Shown here: positions 27,381 through 37,348 of the stretch, one piece after another
Layout: each line of letters starts with the position of its first letter
How positions within the stretch are numbered: position 1 is the stretch's first letter
From: a virus
Direction: 5' to 3' (one strand)
Length of the DNA stretch: 64,000 nucleotides
IMG/VR virus record: IMGVR_UViG_3300023174_000052
Coordinates: 32,001 to 96,000 of that record
The notes under the pieces: generated by a model
What the model was told of the DNA's origin: nothing
The model's input: the letters and a program-made list of their open reading frames with translations, nothing else
Database searches by the model: none
Position numbers and translations under genes: made by a program

Positions 27381-28961
27381 CTATCTAGCTACGATGAATC
27401 CAATTTTAGGACGATAGGTAACAGTCCCAGTCCCTGCTGTCGCTAGTGTATATCCTGATGTATCGGCTCTTGCATAATACATATTTCCATTCAAAGAATA
27501 TTCAAGAGACGCGCCTCCTGAAACGAATGCCGTATTCGAGAAGACCACTTTCGTCAATAGATTAGAAGTTCCGTCCCAAGTAAAAGAATTCGTAAAATTA
27601 AATTTTGGAGTTATTAACGAGGTGTAAGTTGCGACGTCTGGTACGAAGGGGCCAACTCTTTCGTAAACCGATGTGTACCCAGATGTGACAGACGATGTCA
27701 TCGTACTACCTTGCGAAGTATGTTGCATTCCGATTACGAAGTTTTTCCATCCACCCGACAAAGAAGAGACCCATGGCGAAGCGGCGTTTAAACAGATGTA
27801 CATACCTGTTATTCTATCGTTGGCATTAATGCCAGCTGCCGATAATTCCGCTGCCGTGAATACGAACTCGGTTGCACATGACCAATAGTATGAATCAAGC
27901 GGCCCAACGTCGGTCGAGGAACCAGCTACGGTTACAGTATTAACTGGTACTGCAGCAACTATGTCATTTATGTAAATCGTAGTACTCGCGAGAGTGTCAC
28001 CAGTATAAGAGCCTTGTTTTAAACTAAGTCTAAAACTTTCCTGACCCTCTGTCGCACCGTCAAAATTGATAGACTTTTCTAAATAGCCTAATTTAGTAGT
28101 AGCGTTTACGGCTATAGTTCCAGACAATTGATTATCAACGAAATCAGCTGCTGTGATACTTCCTGTTAAGCTTTCAATTACGTAATAATAATTCGCGTCG
28201 AGTGTTCCGAGTCCCATGTTGACGAACGACGCGGTTAAATATAGCGTGTTACCTTCTGATATGTTAGAAGAATTGACTGTTATAACAGGAGATTTTGAAA
28301 CGTCTTGAACAGTGATTACAGGAGTCGAACCTACTATTTTATTAAAAGAACTATCGTTGCTAATTTTAAACTGAAATAACTCGTCGCCTTCTGTGTTTAG
28401 GTCCAATCTAAACTTTTTAGAGAATGAACCTGTTCCATTGACGAGTAAAAAGCTACCCGTCGACGTGCGATCTTCGAAATCTGCGCCATTTAATACAGAC
28501 GCCGAATAATAAAGCGTCCTAGCCTGTAATTCGGTAGACGCGTCGTAGATTATAATCGTATTTCCTTCTCTTGTAGTATTTCCAGCAGAAGACATTACGC
28601 TGTCAAACGTTAATGTATGCGAATCTTCGGTCTCGGTAGCTTTTCTAAGTCCTACTTTAACTTTTTTACCAGTAGAATCTACATACGGTTCGGTTATGAC
28701 AGCGTATCCTGAGTTTGGTACGATGATCAATTTATTTGTCAGAGCGCTTCCAGCAGGTAAGTACGAACCGTTCCAAGTTATTCCAAGTGTAGTATCAAAT
28801 ATTGTATAAATTCCCTCCTGACTCGCGAAATCCCTGGGGAGATTGACGCGTGTCAAAGCGTTGTTTAACGCAAGAGCGCCAGTGACTTGAAAAACGCTAC
28901 TTGATATTTCGTTTTGATAATTTGAAACGGTACTGTAAATACCTTTGAAAACGCTCTGCAT
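27381..28961 (-). CDS. Adaptor domain, two Calx-beta-like domains and a C-terminal beta-sandwich domain
   Basis: Start reassigned to ATG 28961 (TAA-T-ATG junction). Two EGNT...DF...D..TEG.E.F repeats, then a FTAAELSAAG...F.WDGTSNL...RP.I.F domain. Confidence 0.7.
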   Translation of the reverse strand: MQSVFKGIYSTVSNYQNEISSSVFQVTGALALNNALTRVNLPRDFASQEGIYTIFDTTLGITWNGSYLPAGSALTNKLIIVPNSGYAVITEPYVDSTGKKVKVGLRKATETEDSHTLTFDSVMSSAGNTTREGNTIIIYDASTELQARTLYYSASVLNGADFEDRTSTGSFLLVNGTGSFSKKFRLDLNTEGDELFQFKISNDSSFNKIVGSTPVITVQDVSKSPVITVNSSNISEGNTLYLTASFVNMGLGTLDANYYYVIESLTGSITAADFVDNQLSGTIAVNATTKLGYLEKSINFDGATEGQESFRLSLKQGSYTGDTLASTTIYINDIVAAVPVNTVTVAGSSTDVGPLDSYYWSCATEFVFTAAELSAAGINANDRITGMYICLNAASPWVSSLSGGWKNFVIGMQHTSQGSTMTSSVTSGYTSVYERVGPFVPDVATYTSLITPKFNFTNSFTWDGTSNLLTKVVFSNTAFVSGGASLEYSLNGNMYYARADTSGYTLATAGTGTVTYRPKIGFIVAR

Positions 28962-28962
28962 A

Positions 28963-31900
28963 TTATGACTCCAAACCGATGAGTGTAAACGCTGGGCTGC
29001 TAAACGTCGCATCGACGCTGGACGGTGCGACGACTCTTAAAACGTCTCCACGAGATACGTTCTGTGAACCGCCTGTCCACGCGACCGTGCCGCTTGCAGC
29101 TCCTGCAGCGTATGTAATCGTTCCGATATCACTATAAGTGATTGAACCAGCAGAATAAACGCCTTTTTGTATCTTCAATACGACCTGTGATGTCGCAGCG
29201 ATATCTACGTAAGCGTATCCACCATTAAACATCGCCGTTCTCGGCATGATTAACTTGAATACAACTTCACTTGAAGCTGGTTTACCATTGACGGTCGCGC
29301 ATAGATCGTAACCAATCGTCGCGATATAGTTATCGGTCGAAGCAACTGACAACGGAGTGATTGCTGAAATCGTATCATCTACGTCGAAGTTAAACTTAAA
29401 CGTGATCGTTGAACCATCCCATGCAACATCGTAATCGTAATCTGTCGCGTCGAAAGACTTCGAAACGAGAAGCTGACCGTTTAGATACATTCTAATATTT
29501 TCATTTCTTGAGCTGCCTGGCGTCGCCAAGAATGAATTCGTGAACGTCGTACCACCTGGTCTCGTGAGAGAACTACCATTTATCGTTACTGGTCCTGTGA
29601 CTGGCGAAGCGACCTTGTAGAGATGTAATCCGTCGCCGAATCCACTCGCACCAGCGGAAATCGCAGAAATAATCGATCTTTGACCGAACGTATTAACGTA
29701 ACTCTGCCATTCAGCTGAGCTATCTGCTAACGATATTCCCGCGTCAGACCATGTTCCTGCCATGTACTGATCTGAGAATTCGAGGGTCGATCCTGACATT
29801 CTAACTGCGACCGAACCATATGAACCGGTTAAGTTGCCGCCGCGTAACGTTAATATTCCACCCGTGAGTAGATCAACGCTCGCATCAGCATTAGCGCCCG
29901 ATCCAACGAAAGCCATCGTAGAACCACTAATGTTAACGCTTCCAGAAGTTATAACGTTTCTGTTAGATAGCGTTATCGTTGTAAGGCCATCAGACGCTCT
30001 TATTTTATTTCCATCGAGTTCTAAATCGCCGGCTAAAATAGTGCGCTTTTGTCCGTCACCAGAAAGAGTAATAACTGTGTCGTTGTTAGAATCTCTTATG
30101 TCGTTACCCATGACTCTAAGATCGGCCGCAACCTTGAGAGAAGCGGTAAGCGTAGGAGCATAGGCAGTGACGGTTATAGATCCATTTGTGAATGATCCAC
30201 CATTCGCATCACTTATCGTTATCGTGCCAGATACGCCTGGTGCAACCGTGATCGTAGAACCACCGCTATACGTTTGATTATCCCACGAAGTAACTGCTAC
30301 TAAAGCATTAGATAGTGAAGATAAAACGCTCGGTAATACGAACGAACGTTGCGTTGAAGTCGAAGCGAGCGTAATAACTTCCGTTATCCAAGAAGCAGGG
30401 AAAGTGATAGTTCCTTGATCGCCCGAATATGTTTGCGTATCACCATCGATAGCGAACGTGAGATTCTGAGTCGAATAAACAGGAACACCATCATCGAATG
30501 TAATTCTTGTAACGCTTGCTGAATCTTTGATATCGTTGCCAGAAACAATTAAGTCGCCGGCGACGGTTACAGTTCCCGCATTATTACCGATCACTACTGC
30601 GGTTGAAGCGGTTACGAAGTTAAACGAAGCCTGTGTCGTTGTAATGTCGCCACCGTTAATAGCAACGTCATTATAGAAGAGCGCGTTTGAACCAGTAATG
30701 TTTCCACCGATCTGAAGATCGGACGAACCCGAGATAATTCCGAGCGTTGTTAATGTACCAGAAACTATCTCATTACCAGAGACAGTTATGCTTGAACCAG
30801 TCAACTGGATAGCGACTGCGCCTGTCGAACTTTGAATATCATTACCAGCGACCTGTAGATCGCCAGCCAATGTGACAAGCCCCGTTGATGCTCCGATACT
30901 AACTGCCGTAGCAGCTCCTGCCATATTAACGGTCGTCGCAACAGTATTAAATAACGTCGCTGTAGTTTGCGATGTTATAACGTCTCCGCCATTGACTGCA
31001 ACGTCTCCTGCAACGATAACGTCGCGACCTGACATCGTAATTGTGACCGAACCGTCAGAGGCTTTAATATCATTACCCGCGATTTTTAAATCGCCGGCGA
31101 CGACGACGTCAGACGCTGCATTACCGATATTAACGCCTGAAGTTGCTCCACCCGCGATATTGACAGACGTTGCGTTTGCATTAAACACAGTAGCTGTCGT
31201 TTGAGTCGTCGTGATATCGCCGCCATTAAGCGCAAGATCACCATACAACATCATGTTTGAACCAGTGATATTTCCACCGATCTGTAATCCACCGGATCCT
31301 GATATCGCGCCAGCTGCAGTGACTTCAAAATATTTCGTAGAAGTATTATAGTCACCAACCAAAATGCTATACGGCGTAGCTAGACCTCTTTCTGCCCCTA
31401 ATCTAAGCTGTCGACCGATTTCGGTACCACCGTTACCGAATCCACCGTTAGCTGAAACTGACTGCATAGAGAATATGCCACCGTCTGCATTAATAGCGCC
31501 GTCGTTATAGATAGTAACACCAGACGACCCGAATCCCCCGCCGATCTTCGCATTATCAGCATCGATCATACCAGAGATCTTGATATCTCCTGAACCTGAA
31601 ATGTGGCTTCCCACCAACAGTCTTGAAGAGCCTGAAATAACTCCTATTGCCGTTAATGTGCCCGAAATGATTTCATTTCCAGAAACAGTGACGCTTGAAC
31701 CAGTTAACTGGATAGCAACTGCTCCTGTCGAACTCTTGATATCATTACCGGATACCTGCAAATCACCCGCGATTGTTACATCACGAGCAGACATGGTAAT
31801 TGTTGCTGTGCCGTCGGAAGCCTTGATATCGTTACCAGTAACCTGTAAATCTCCCTTGACTTCGACGTCTGCACCCAGAAGCTCTAGAGCGTCGGCCGTA

Positions 31901-32367
31901 GAAGATTTAATCGTATTGCCAGTTACTTTAATATCGCCAGCGAGCGTTGTAAGTTTGTTACCGTCGCCAGACATCGTGATGACAATGTCACCGTTTCCGT
32001 CCTTGATGTCATTGCCTTTGACCTGTAGATCGCCGCCGAGAATAGCGTCGCCAGAGCCAGTGATGTGACCACCGACCTTAAGATCAGAAGAGGCAGATAA
32101 GACACCGATGAACTGCGCTGTGGCGTGTTTAAAAACGCCGGCTGCAACGCCCGTAAAATCTTTGGTATCGTCGCCTTGAATACGCTTGACAGACGCTGCA
32201 AGTTGACCTAAAATTCCTTCGAGGTCTGTCGCGCCGATTGCCGCGGCGCCTGCAGGCTCGAGTCTCGATTGAGCTGACAAGGACTGATTAGCGATATCAG
32301 AAATCGCCGTTAGTGAACCAGTAACTGCTGCGAGTCTAATTTGACTGCGTGGAGTTGGTGATGACAT
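28963..32367 (-). CDS. Virion fibre-like structural protein, paralog C, with extra C-terminal domain
   Basis: PRSQIRL N-terminus, GDL.V.GNDIK repeats, YLNGQLLVSKSFDA domain and C-terminal GKPASSEVVF domain. Confidence 0.7.
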   Translation of the reverse strand: MSSPTPRSQIRLAAVTGSLTAISDIANQSLSAQSRLEPAGAAAIGATDLEGILGQLAASVKRIQGDDTKDFTGVAAGVFKHATAQFIGVLSASSDLKVGGHITGSGDAILGGDLQVKGNDIKDGNGDIVITMSGDGNKLTTLAGDIKVTGNTIKSSTADALELLGADVEVKGDLQVTGNDIKASDGTATITMSARDVTIAGDLQVSGNDIKSSTGAVAIQLTGSSVTVSGNEIISGTLTAIGVISGSSRLLVGSHISGSGDIKISGMIDADNAKIGGGFGSSGVTIYNDGAINADGGIFSMQSVSANGGFGNGGTEIGRQLRLGAERGLATPYSILVGDYNTSTKYFEVTAAGAISGSGGLQIGGNITGSNMMLYGDLALNGGDITTTQTTATVFNANATSVNIAGGATSGVNIGNAASDVVVAGDLKIAGNDIKASDGSVTITMSGRDVIVAGDVAVNGGDVITSQTTATLFNTVATTVNMAGAATAVSIGASTGLVTLAGDLQVAGNDIQSSTGAVAIQLTGSSITVSGNEIVSGTLTTLGIISGSSDLQIGGNITGSNALFYNDVAINGGDITTTQASFNFVTASTAVVIGNNAGTVTVAGDLIVSGNDIKDSASVTRITFDDGVPVYSTQNLTFAIDGDTQTYSGDQGTITFPASWITEVITLASTSTQRSFVLPSVLSSLSNALVAVTSWDNQTYSGGSTITVAPGVSGTITISDANGGSFTNGSITVTAYAPTLTASLKVAADLRVMGNDIRDSNNDTVITLSGDGQKRTILAGDLELDGNKIRASDGLTTITLSNRNVITSGSVNISGSTMAFVGSGANADASVDLLTGGILTLRGGNLTGSYGSVAVRMSGSTLEFSDQYMAGTWSDAGISLADSSAEWQSYVNTFGQRSIISAISAGASGFGDGLHLYKVASPVTGPVTINGSSLTRPGGTTFTNSFLATPGSSRNENIRMYLNGQLLVSKSFDATDYDYDVAWDGSTITFKFNFDVDDTISAITPLSVASTDNYIATIGYDLCATVNGKPASSEVVFKLIMPRTAMFNGGYAYVDIAATSQVVLKIQKGVYSAGSITYSDIGTITYAAGAASGTVAWTGGSQNVSRGDVLRVVAPSSVDATFSSPAFTLIGLES

Positions 32368-32415
32368 GCTAGAACCCCTAATAGTTGAAGTATTTGTGCT
32401 AAACGTTTAGACTTC

Positions 32416-32466
32416 GACTTTGACTGAACCGAGGTTCAAATGGGCATGCGTGAAGCGTTTTAGCCC
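32416..32466 (-). promoter_or_regulatory. Conserved structured leader motif, copy 2
   Basis: GGGC-TA..GCAT-GCCC stem, then TGAAC-CTCG-GTTCA hairpin, then GTCAAAGTC. Confidence 0.5.
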
Positions 32467-32556
32467 GATGCTCATTTGTTACATATCCACGTCTTGAGTC
32501 ATTTACACTCAAGAGATTGTAACTTTTCGTAATAATTTTTGATTATATGTAATCAA

Positions 32557-32775
32557 CTAAGACTTATATAATCTCCTTTTAACCTGGCGCATCGCTGCGT
32601 CGTATCTAGGGTAATCTGAGGCTAGATACTCCCTCTCCATGACTTCAGCCTTTCCGTCTGAATTATCGAAAACAAATTTAAACTTATTTCCAATTTTAGT
32701 CGCAGTTATGAGATCGGCTCCTCTCATAACCAAGTACGCTGATATCGCGATATCTGATGTTTCGTAAGTTCGCAT
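32557..32775 (-). CDS. DUF5659-like small protein
   Basis: YETSDIAISAYL....F.F pattern. Confidence 0.55.
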   Translation of the reverse strand: MRTYETSDIAISAYLVMRGADLITATKIGNKFKFVFDNSDGKAEVMEREYLASDYPRYDAAMRQVKRRLYKS

Positions 32776-32845
32776 AATCTATAAAATATCTCCGAACGCC
32801 TGCAATTTCGCGCAAGATTGTAAAAATTATAAAATTTATATCTAT

Positions 32846-35800
32846 CTAAGAATATTGGTAAGTTGCGTAGAATCTGTACTCTTCGTCTACATCATCGTCA
32901 AGAATAACTATTTGATTCGTGTCAAAAACGAAATCATCACCTACGCCTTGCTTCAAAAGTTGTCCATTCATAAATAACATAATCGATGATGCCGGCGTCG
33001 GAACGTGAGATAAATTAGCAATCCATAAACCCATTATAGGATTGTAAAAAAATGTAATTTGTTCATTCACTTCATAATAAGCCGTCCCAGAATATGCCAT
33101 GTACGTAGCGATGAATATATCGTCAGGATCTAATTCTTCTAAGGAAGCATTGATGTATATTTTTTTTCCGACTATCGTGTAATCTTTTAAACTTCCTTGT
33201 GAAAGAAGTTGCCCGTTCCAAAACAACAATAATCGAGCGGGTTCTATAGGTTCGAATTCCAGATCTCCTGTTATGACTCCATCGACTTCGAGTACATTAA
33301 CTCTTTCATTCAAAATATATCGAGATGATGCTTCAACGTAAGGATACATGACTGCAATAGTATCATCTATTTGTGGGGTCGAACCAGAAGCGAACATCAC
33401 CGTTTTACCCGATGTTGTATAATCGTATCCTGCTCCACAAGTTAATAATTGACCATTCAACCATATCATCAATTGTGAAGAATCAGATGGAGTACGCGTA
33501 GTCTCAAATAATCTATTTGAACCGTTTATTTCACCATCTAATCGTTCGTTAAGAGCTAACTTCGAGAGATACGCAGCAGAAGAACCGACTTGAGGATCAA
33601 CGGAAAAAATGACTTTTCCAGCTGACGACGTCGTAATCAAAATGCCTGTTCCCTGTTCGGCTTTACGACTATTTTGTATAGAAGAAGATTCGTAAGTTAT
33701 TATGGGTCCAGAAATCGTTCCTGTTATCGTACCCGTCGCATAAGAATTTATCGTGACAGATCCATCTGACCCTGTTGAAAGAATGATTCCATCACCCGCT
33801 CTTAAAAACGGAGAACCATCTGAGAGTTGAGTTAAAGAACCTGTGAGACCTCGTAGGAAGGTAACTTCTCCCGTAAACTGTGCTCCGGTCAAAAATGGTA
33901 TAGAAGCTACGTCGATAGCTAACGATACGGAACCAGAACTTCCTCCTCCAATGAGTCCCTGTCCTGCTATGACTTCTGTGATATCTCCTATGGGACCCGT
34001 ATTCGTGATAGTGATCGATCCATTAGAACCAGTCGATATATCAATGCCCGTACCAGCTATTAAGTACTGTGAACCATCTGTAAGTTGTGTTAAAGACCCT
34101 GTAAGTCCACCACCAAAAGTTACAGCTCCCGTAAACTGGGCACCGGTTAAAAATGGTATAGAAGCTACATCGATAGCTAACGTAACAGAACCAGATAATC
34201 CACCACCAACTAATCCAGTCCCTGCGATAACCTCAGTAATGTCGCCGACCGGTCCAGTGTTTAAAATTGTTATCGAACCATCTGACCCAGTCGTTAATGA
34301 AATGCCATCACCGGCCCTTAGATAAGCGGAACCGTCTGATAGTTTGGTTAGAGAACCAGATAAGCCAGTATAAAAAGTGCCAGGTCCATAAAAAGAAGCA
34401 GATTCAAGCGTAGAAGAACCAGAAGCATGTAAACCAGACGAGAAAGACACTTCGCCTGTGAATCGCGTGCCTGTAAGAAACGCCACTACTCCCGGGTCAA
34501 CAGATAACGAAACTGCGCCTGTTGTCCCTCCCCCAACCAATCCGAGGCCGGCGTCGACTTCAGTAATATCACCTACGGGACCTGTATTAGTAATCGTAAT
34601 CGATCCATTAGACCCAGTCGATATATCGATACCAGTACCAGCTAACAAGAAAGGAGAACCATCGATTAAACGGGTTAGAGAACCTGATAAACCCGCTGCG
34701 AATTTAGTCGGACCTGTGAACGTCGAGCCACTCAACTTGGCTATGCTTCCAGTGTCGACGTAGATGTTCATCTTTCCACCTGGACCGCCATCGTTTATCT
34801 TTATTCCAAAAGAAGAAGATAATACTCGACTACCTGTAAGCTCGGCGCTTGATGAAGCTAATATGTAAGCTGCGCCTATCGGTGGAATACTCGCCGTAAT
34901 ATTCGAAGAGATGACTATTTCACGTGTTGGCTTAACGGTTAACTCTATACCAGGACCAGCCGCCAATTTTGTAGCGATGGTAAAGTTACCATTAATCATG
35001 TCTTCGTGAAATTGTATACCATCGCCTTCTATTATCGCAAGGCTTCCTGGTAGACCCGCATCTTTGTGGTGCGTCAAAAATGGACCACTTACGAAAGAAC
35101 CCGTCTGCGCAGCGATCGTGATAGAACCATCAGACCCAGTAGAAAGTGTTACATTCAGTCCCGCCTTTAAATACGGATCGCCATTCGATAATTTCGTAAG
35201 GGAACCACTTAACGCCGTCGCCGAAAGAGTACCTGCGACGTTCGCGTTTCCGTTGGATTTTAAATAAGACGCTGTGACAGGACCAGAAAAAATAGCGCCC
35301 GTTAAAAATGCGACCTGACTATCTAAGACCTTTAAAGTATAAGAGCCACCTGCTCCTGCATCTACGCTACCTAAACCTGCGCCTAAAGATAAGACCCTTT
35401 CCTGTGATAATAGACCCGACGAATCTGCAGAGAGTAATAAATACTTAGCGTCTAAAGGTGCCGCTGACGTTAGCGCCGCGGCGATCGTGATAGAACCATT
35501 CGAGCCTGTCGAAAGAGTGATATTTGAACCAGCCTTGAGATAATCGCTTCCATCGATAAGCTTAGTTAAAGAACCTGTTATCTTCTGTAAGATAGCAGTC
35601 GTAGCGTTTATATTCGTCGTGTTTAAATTCGTAGCGCTTACGTTCGTGCTATTCAGATTAGTCGAATTTAAAGTCGGAGCTGTCACTGGGCCTGTAAATA
35701 CAGCACCTGACTTTCTAACTACCGTAGAATCTACTTTTACAACTGGCGAACCACTTGACGTATCTAATATTACGCCATCGCCTGCGCTTAAAACCTTCGC

Positions 35801-36349
35801 GCCAGCAAAACCCGGTACTGACGTTAAAGATAGAAAGGGCAGCGTAGATAAAGAAGTTCCATCTAAAGTAATCGAATCTGCTGTTAACGAACTAACTATT
35901 AGATTCGCAGTTGCATCGAATCCTATCGTAGCAGATGCAGTATCGAAAGTAATGGGTCCTGTCGCCTTGAGGACTTTGTCATTACTTAAATCGGTCGTAG
36001 CCTGCCATGTAAGATAAGGACTATTTTTTGGAGCAGACGCTACCGAACCTTCGACGACGGCGTTAAGAGTGAAACCACCATCACCGTTATCTACGACCTG
36101 GACGCCATCACCACCACGTAGCGCATACTGTCCATTTGGTAAGACAAGAGTTCCAGATGCTCCGTGTTTTACCCATAATGAACCTGACATATACGAGTGG
36201 CCGATGACCCGTAAGTCAGATTCCATATAGTCGGCTATACCTACAACAAGATCATGGGGAGAAATCACGCTTACGATTTCGCCCCGATTATCTTTAATTT
36301 TTAAAAGGTCTGCCTCGCGGGCATCCTTCTTTGTAATTTGTGTAGCCAT
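32846..36349 (-). CDS. Repetitive virion structural protein with three C-terminal 'NGQLL' beta domains
   Basis: About 6 repeats of SGSLT.L.DGS.YL.AG.GI...TGS.GSITI, plus GDITEV.AG.GL.GGG repeats and 3 copies of (L/W/M)NGQLL..G...D(Y/F). Confidence 0.7.
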   Translation of the reverse strand: MATQITKKDAREADLLKIKDNRGEIVSVISPHDLVVGIADYMESDLRVIGHSYMSGSLWVKHGASGTLVLPNGQYALRGGDGVQVVDNGDGGFTLNAVVEGSVASAPKNSPYLTWQATTDLSNDKVLKATGPITFDTASATIGFDATANLIVSSLTADSITLDGTSLSTLPFLSLTSVPGFAGAKVLSAGDGVILDTSSGSPVVKVDSTVVRKSGAVFTGPVTAPTLNSTNLNSTNVSATNLNTTNINATTAILQKITGSLTKLIDGSDYLKAGSNITLSTGSNGSITIAAALTSAAPLDAKYLLLSADSSGLLSQERVLSLGAGLGSVDAGAGGSYTLKVLDSQVAFLTGAIFSGPVTASYLKSNGNANVAGTLSATALSGSLTKLSNGDPYLKAGLNVTLSTGSDGSITIAAQTGSFVSGPFLTHHKDAGLPGSLAIIEGDGIQFHEDMINGNFTIATKLAAGPGIELTVKPTREIVISSNITASIPPIGAAYILASSSAELTGSRVLSSSFGIKINDGGPGGKMNIYVDTGSIAKLSGSTFTGPTKFAAGLSGSLTRLIDGSPFLLAGTGIDISTGSNGSITITNTGPVGDITEVDAGLGLVGGGTTGAVSLSVDPGVVAFLTGTRFTGEVSFSSGLHASGSSTLESASFYGPGTFYTGLSGSLTKLSDGSAYLRAGDGISLTTGSDGSITILNTGPVGDITEVIAGTGLVGGGLSGSVTLAIDVASIPFLTGAQFTGAVTFGGGLTGSLTQLTDGSQYLIAGTGIDISTGSNGSITITNTGPIGDITEVIAGQGLIGGGSSGSVSLAIDVASIPFLTGAQFTGEVTFLRGLTGSLTQLSDGSPFLRAGDGIILSTGSDGSVTINSYATGTITGTISGPIITYESSSIQNSRKAEQGTGILITTSSAGKVIFSVDPQVGSSAAYLSKLALNERLDGEINGSNRLFETTRTPSDSSQLMIWLNGQLLTCGAGYDYTTSGKTVMFASGSTPQIDDTIAVMYPYVEASSRYILNERVNVLEVDGVITGDLEFEPIEPARLLLFWNGQLLSQGSLKDYTIVGKKIYINASLEELDPDDIFIATYMAYSGTAYYEVNEQITFFYNPIMGLWIANLSHVPTPASSIMLFMNGQLLKQGVGDDFVFDTNQIVILDDDVDEEYRFYATYQYS

Positions 36350-36380
36350 CCCGCTCTAAATAAAGGTCAAGTTAAAGTTC

Positions 36381-36400
36381 CGGCGCATAAATATGCGCCG
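36381..36400 (-). promoter_or_regulatory. Near-perfect palindrome containing the ATATTTA late-promoter motif
   Basis: CGGCGCATA-TT-TATGCGCCG between the nucleotide operon and the structural gene. Confidence 0.5.
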
Positions 36401-36406
36401 AATTCG

Positions 36407-36784
36407 CTAATAACCTTCTTCGACGCGTTTTAGGATGATTCTATGTTTACGCTCGTAAGCCTCAACGAATTCTTTAGTATCTACTCCGACGTAGAGCAAA
36501 ACGTTGAAAAAATAATTGAATGAGTCAACTATTTCCTCAAGAAAGTGTTCTCGATCGAATTCGTTTAATTGAGATTGACGATGCACCTTAGAATTCTTTA
36601 AAACCTGTAGAGCCTCGAACATTTCTTCAACACCGCGAAGGGCAGTCTCTCGAAGAAATACCTGAGAATCTCTACTCGTCGGATCCAAAGGCATGTCGTG
36701 GACTGCAGAAGGAACTCGGCGCTTGAGTGCGTTCAAAAACTCCTTGCGGAGTTCGAACATATGTTCTAAATCATTAGCTGACAA
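36407..36784 (-). CDS. All-alpha NTP pyrophosphatase (dimeric dUTPase/dCTPase-like)
   Basis: VEEMFEAL...K.H and DREHFLEEIVDSFNYF motifs, with YERKH..I..R near the end. Confidence 0.78.
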   Translation of the reverse strand: MSANDLEHMFELRKEFLNALKRRVPSAVHDMPLDPTSRDSQVFLRETALRGVEEMFEALQVLKNSKVHRQSQLNEFDREHFLEEIVDSFNYFFNVLLYVGVDTKEFVEAYERKHRIILKRVEEGY

Positions 36785-37013
36785 CTTGTCCCTCGTTATA
36801 ATCTTGCATTAACTGGCCTTGTTCAAGAACAGTCAACAAACTATCAATCTGATTATCATGAGACTTAAGACACGCTGCGCTTGGAACTAACTGCCCATCC
36901 TTCTCTTCGAGTTCTAAAAGTCGTAGATTATCAACAACGTCAGTGCCTGTCAAAATAGCAACCTGCAATTGTCGAGCAATTAAAACAATAGTATCATCAG
37001 ATAATTTCAACAT
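36774..37013 (-). CDS. Hypothetical protein
   Basis: Overlaps both neighbours in the operon. Confidence 0.65.
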   Translation of the reverse strand: MLKLSDDTIVLIARQLQVAILTGTDVVDNLRLLELEEKDGQLVPSAACLKSHDNQIDSLLTVLEQGQLMQDYNEGQVVS

Positions 37014-37348
37014 TAGATTCCCTCTCCATTTGAATTGAATTGTAATGGAAGATTTCGAAAAGTTTCATTCTCTTTTTTTGCTGAATCTTCCATCGTCATA
37101 ATCGCCATAGCTGCGTAATTGTGCAAGTCAATCAGAGTATCCCTAATAGACTCGTTATCTACAAGAGTGACTCCTGAATTGTTGATAGACATGAGACGTT
37201 TAATCTTATCGCCCATTCGAACGATTACACCGACAGGTCCAAACTCTGCGAATGCGTCACCATAGTCCCTATTCTTCTTCGCGAACAAATTTCGAGCCTC
37301 TTCTTGAATCATTCGCATTTGCTCGACTCGTTTCTCAGTTCTGTCCAT
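37013..37348 (-). CDS. DUF1599 / nucleotide-modification-associated domain protein (MazG-like fold)
   Basis: KKNRDYG, RMGDKIKRL and ESIRDTLIDLHNYA. Confidence 0.82.
   Translation of the reverse strand: MDRTEKRVEQMRMIQEEARNLFAKKNRDYGDAFAEFGPVGVIVRMGDKIKRLMSINNSGVTLVDNESIRDTLIDLHNYAAMAIMTMEDSAKKENETFRNLPLQFNSNGEGI

Noticed and set aside
28962-29012. Track start at 29012 for the 543-aa ORF
   Set aside because: It overlaps the upstream gene. ATG 28961 reproduces the TAA-T-ATG junction of the paralogous cassette.
33700-35600. CRISPR-like or tandem DNA repeats
   Set aside because: These are degenerate protein-coding repeats varying at third codon positions, with no constant repeat and unique spacer pattern.
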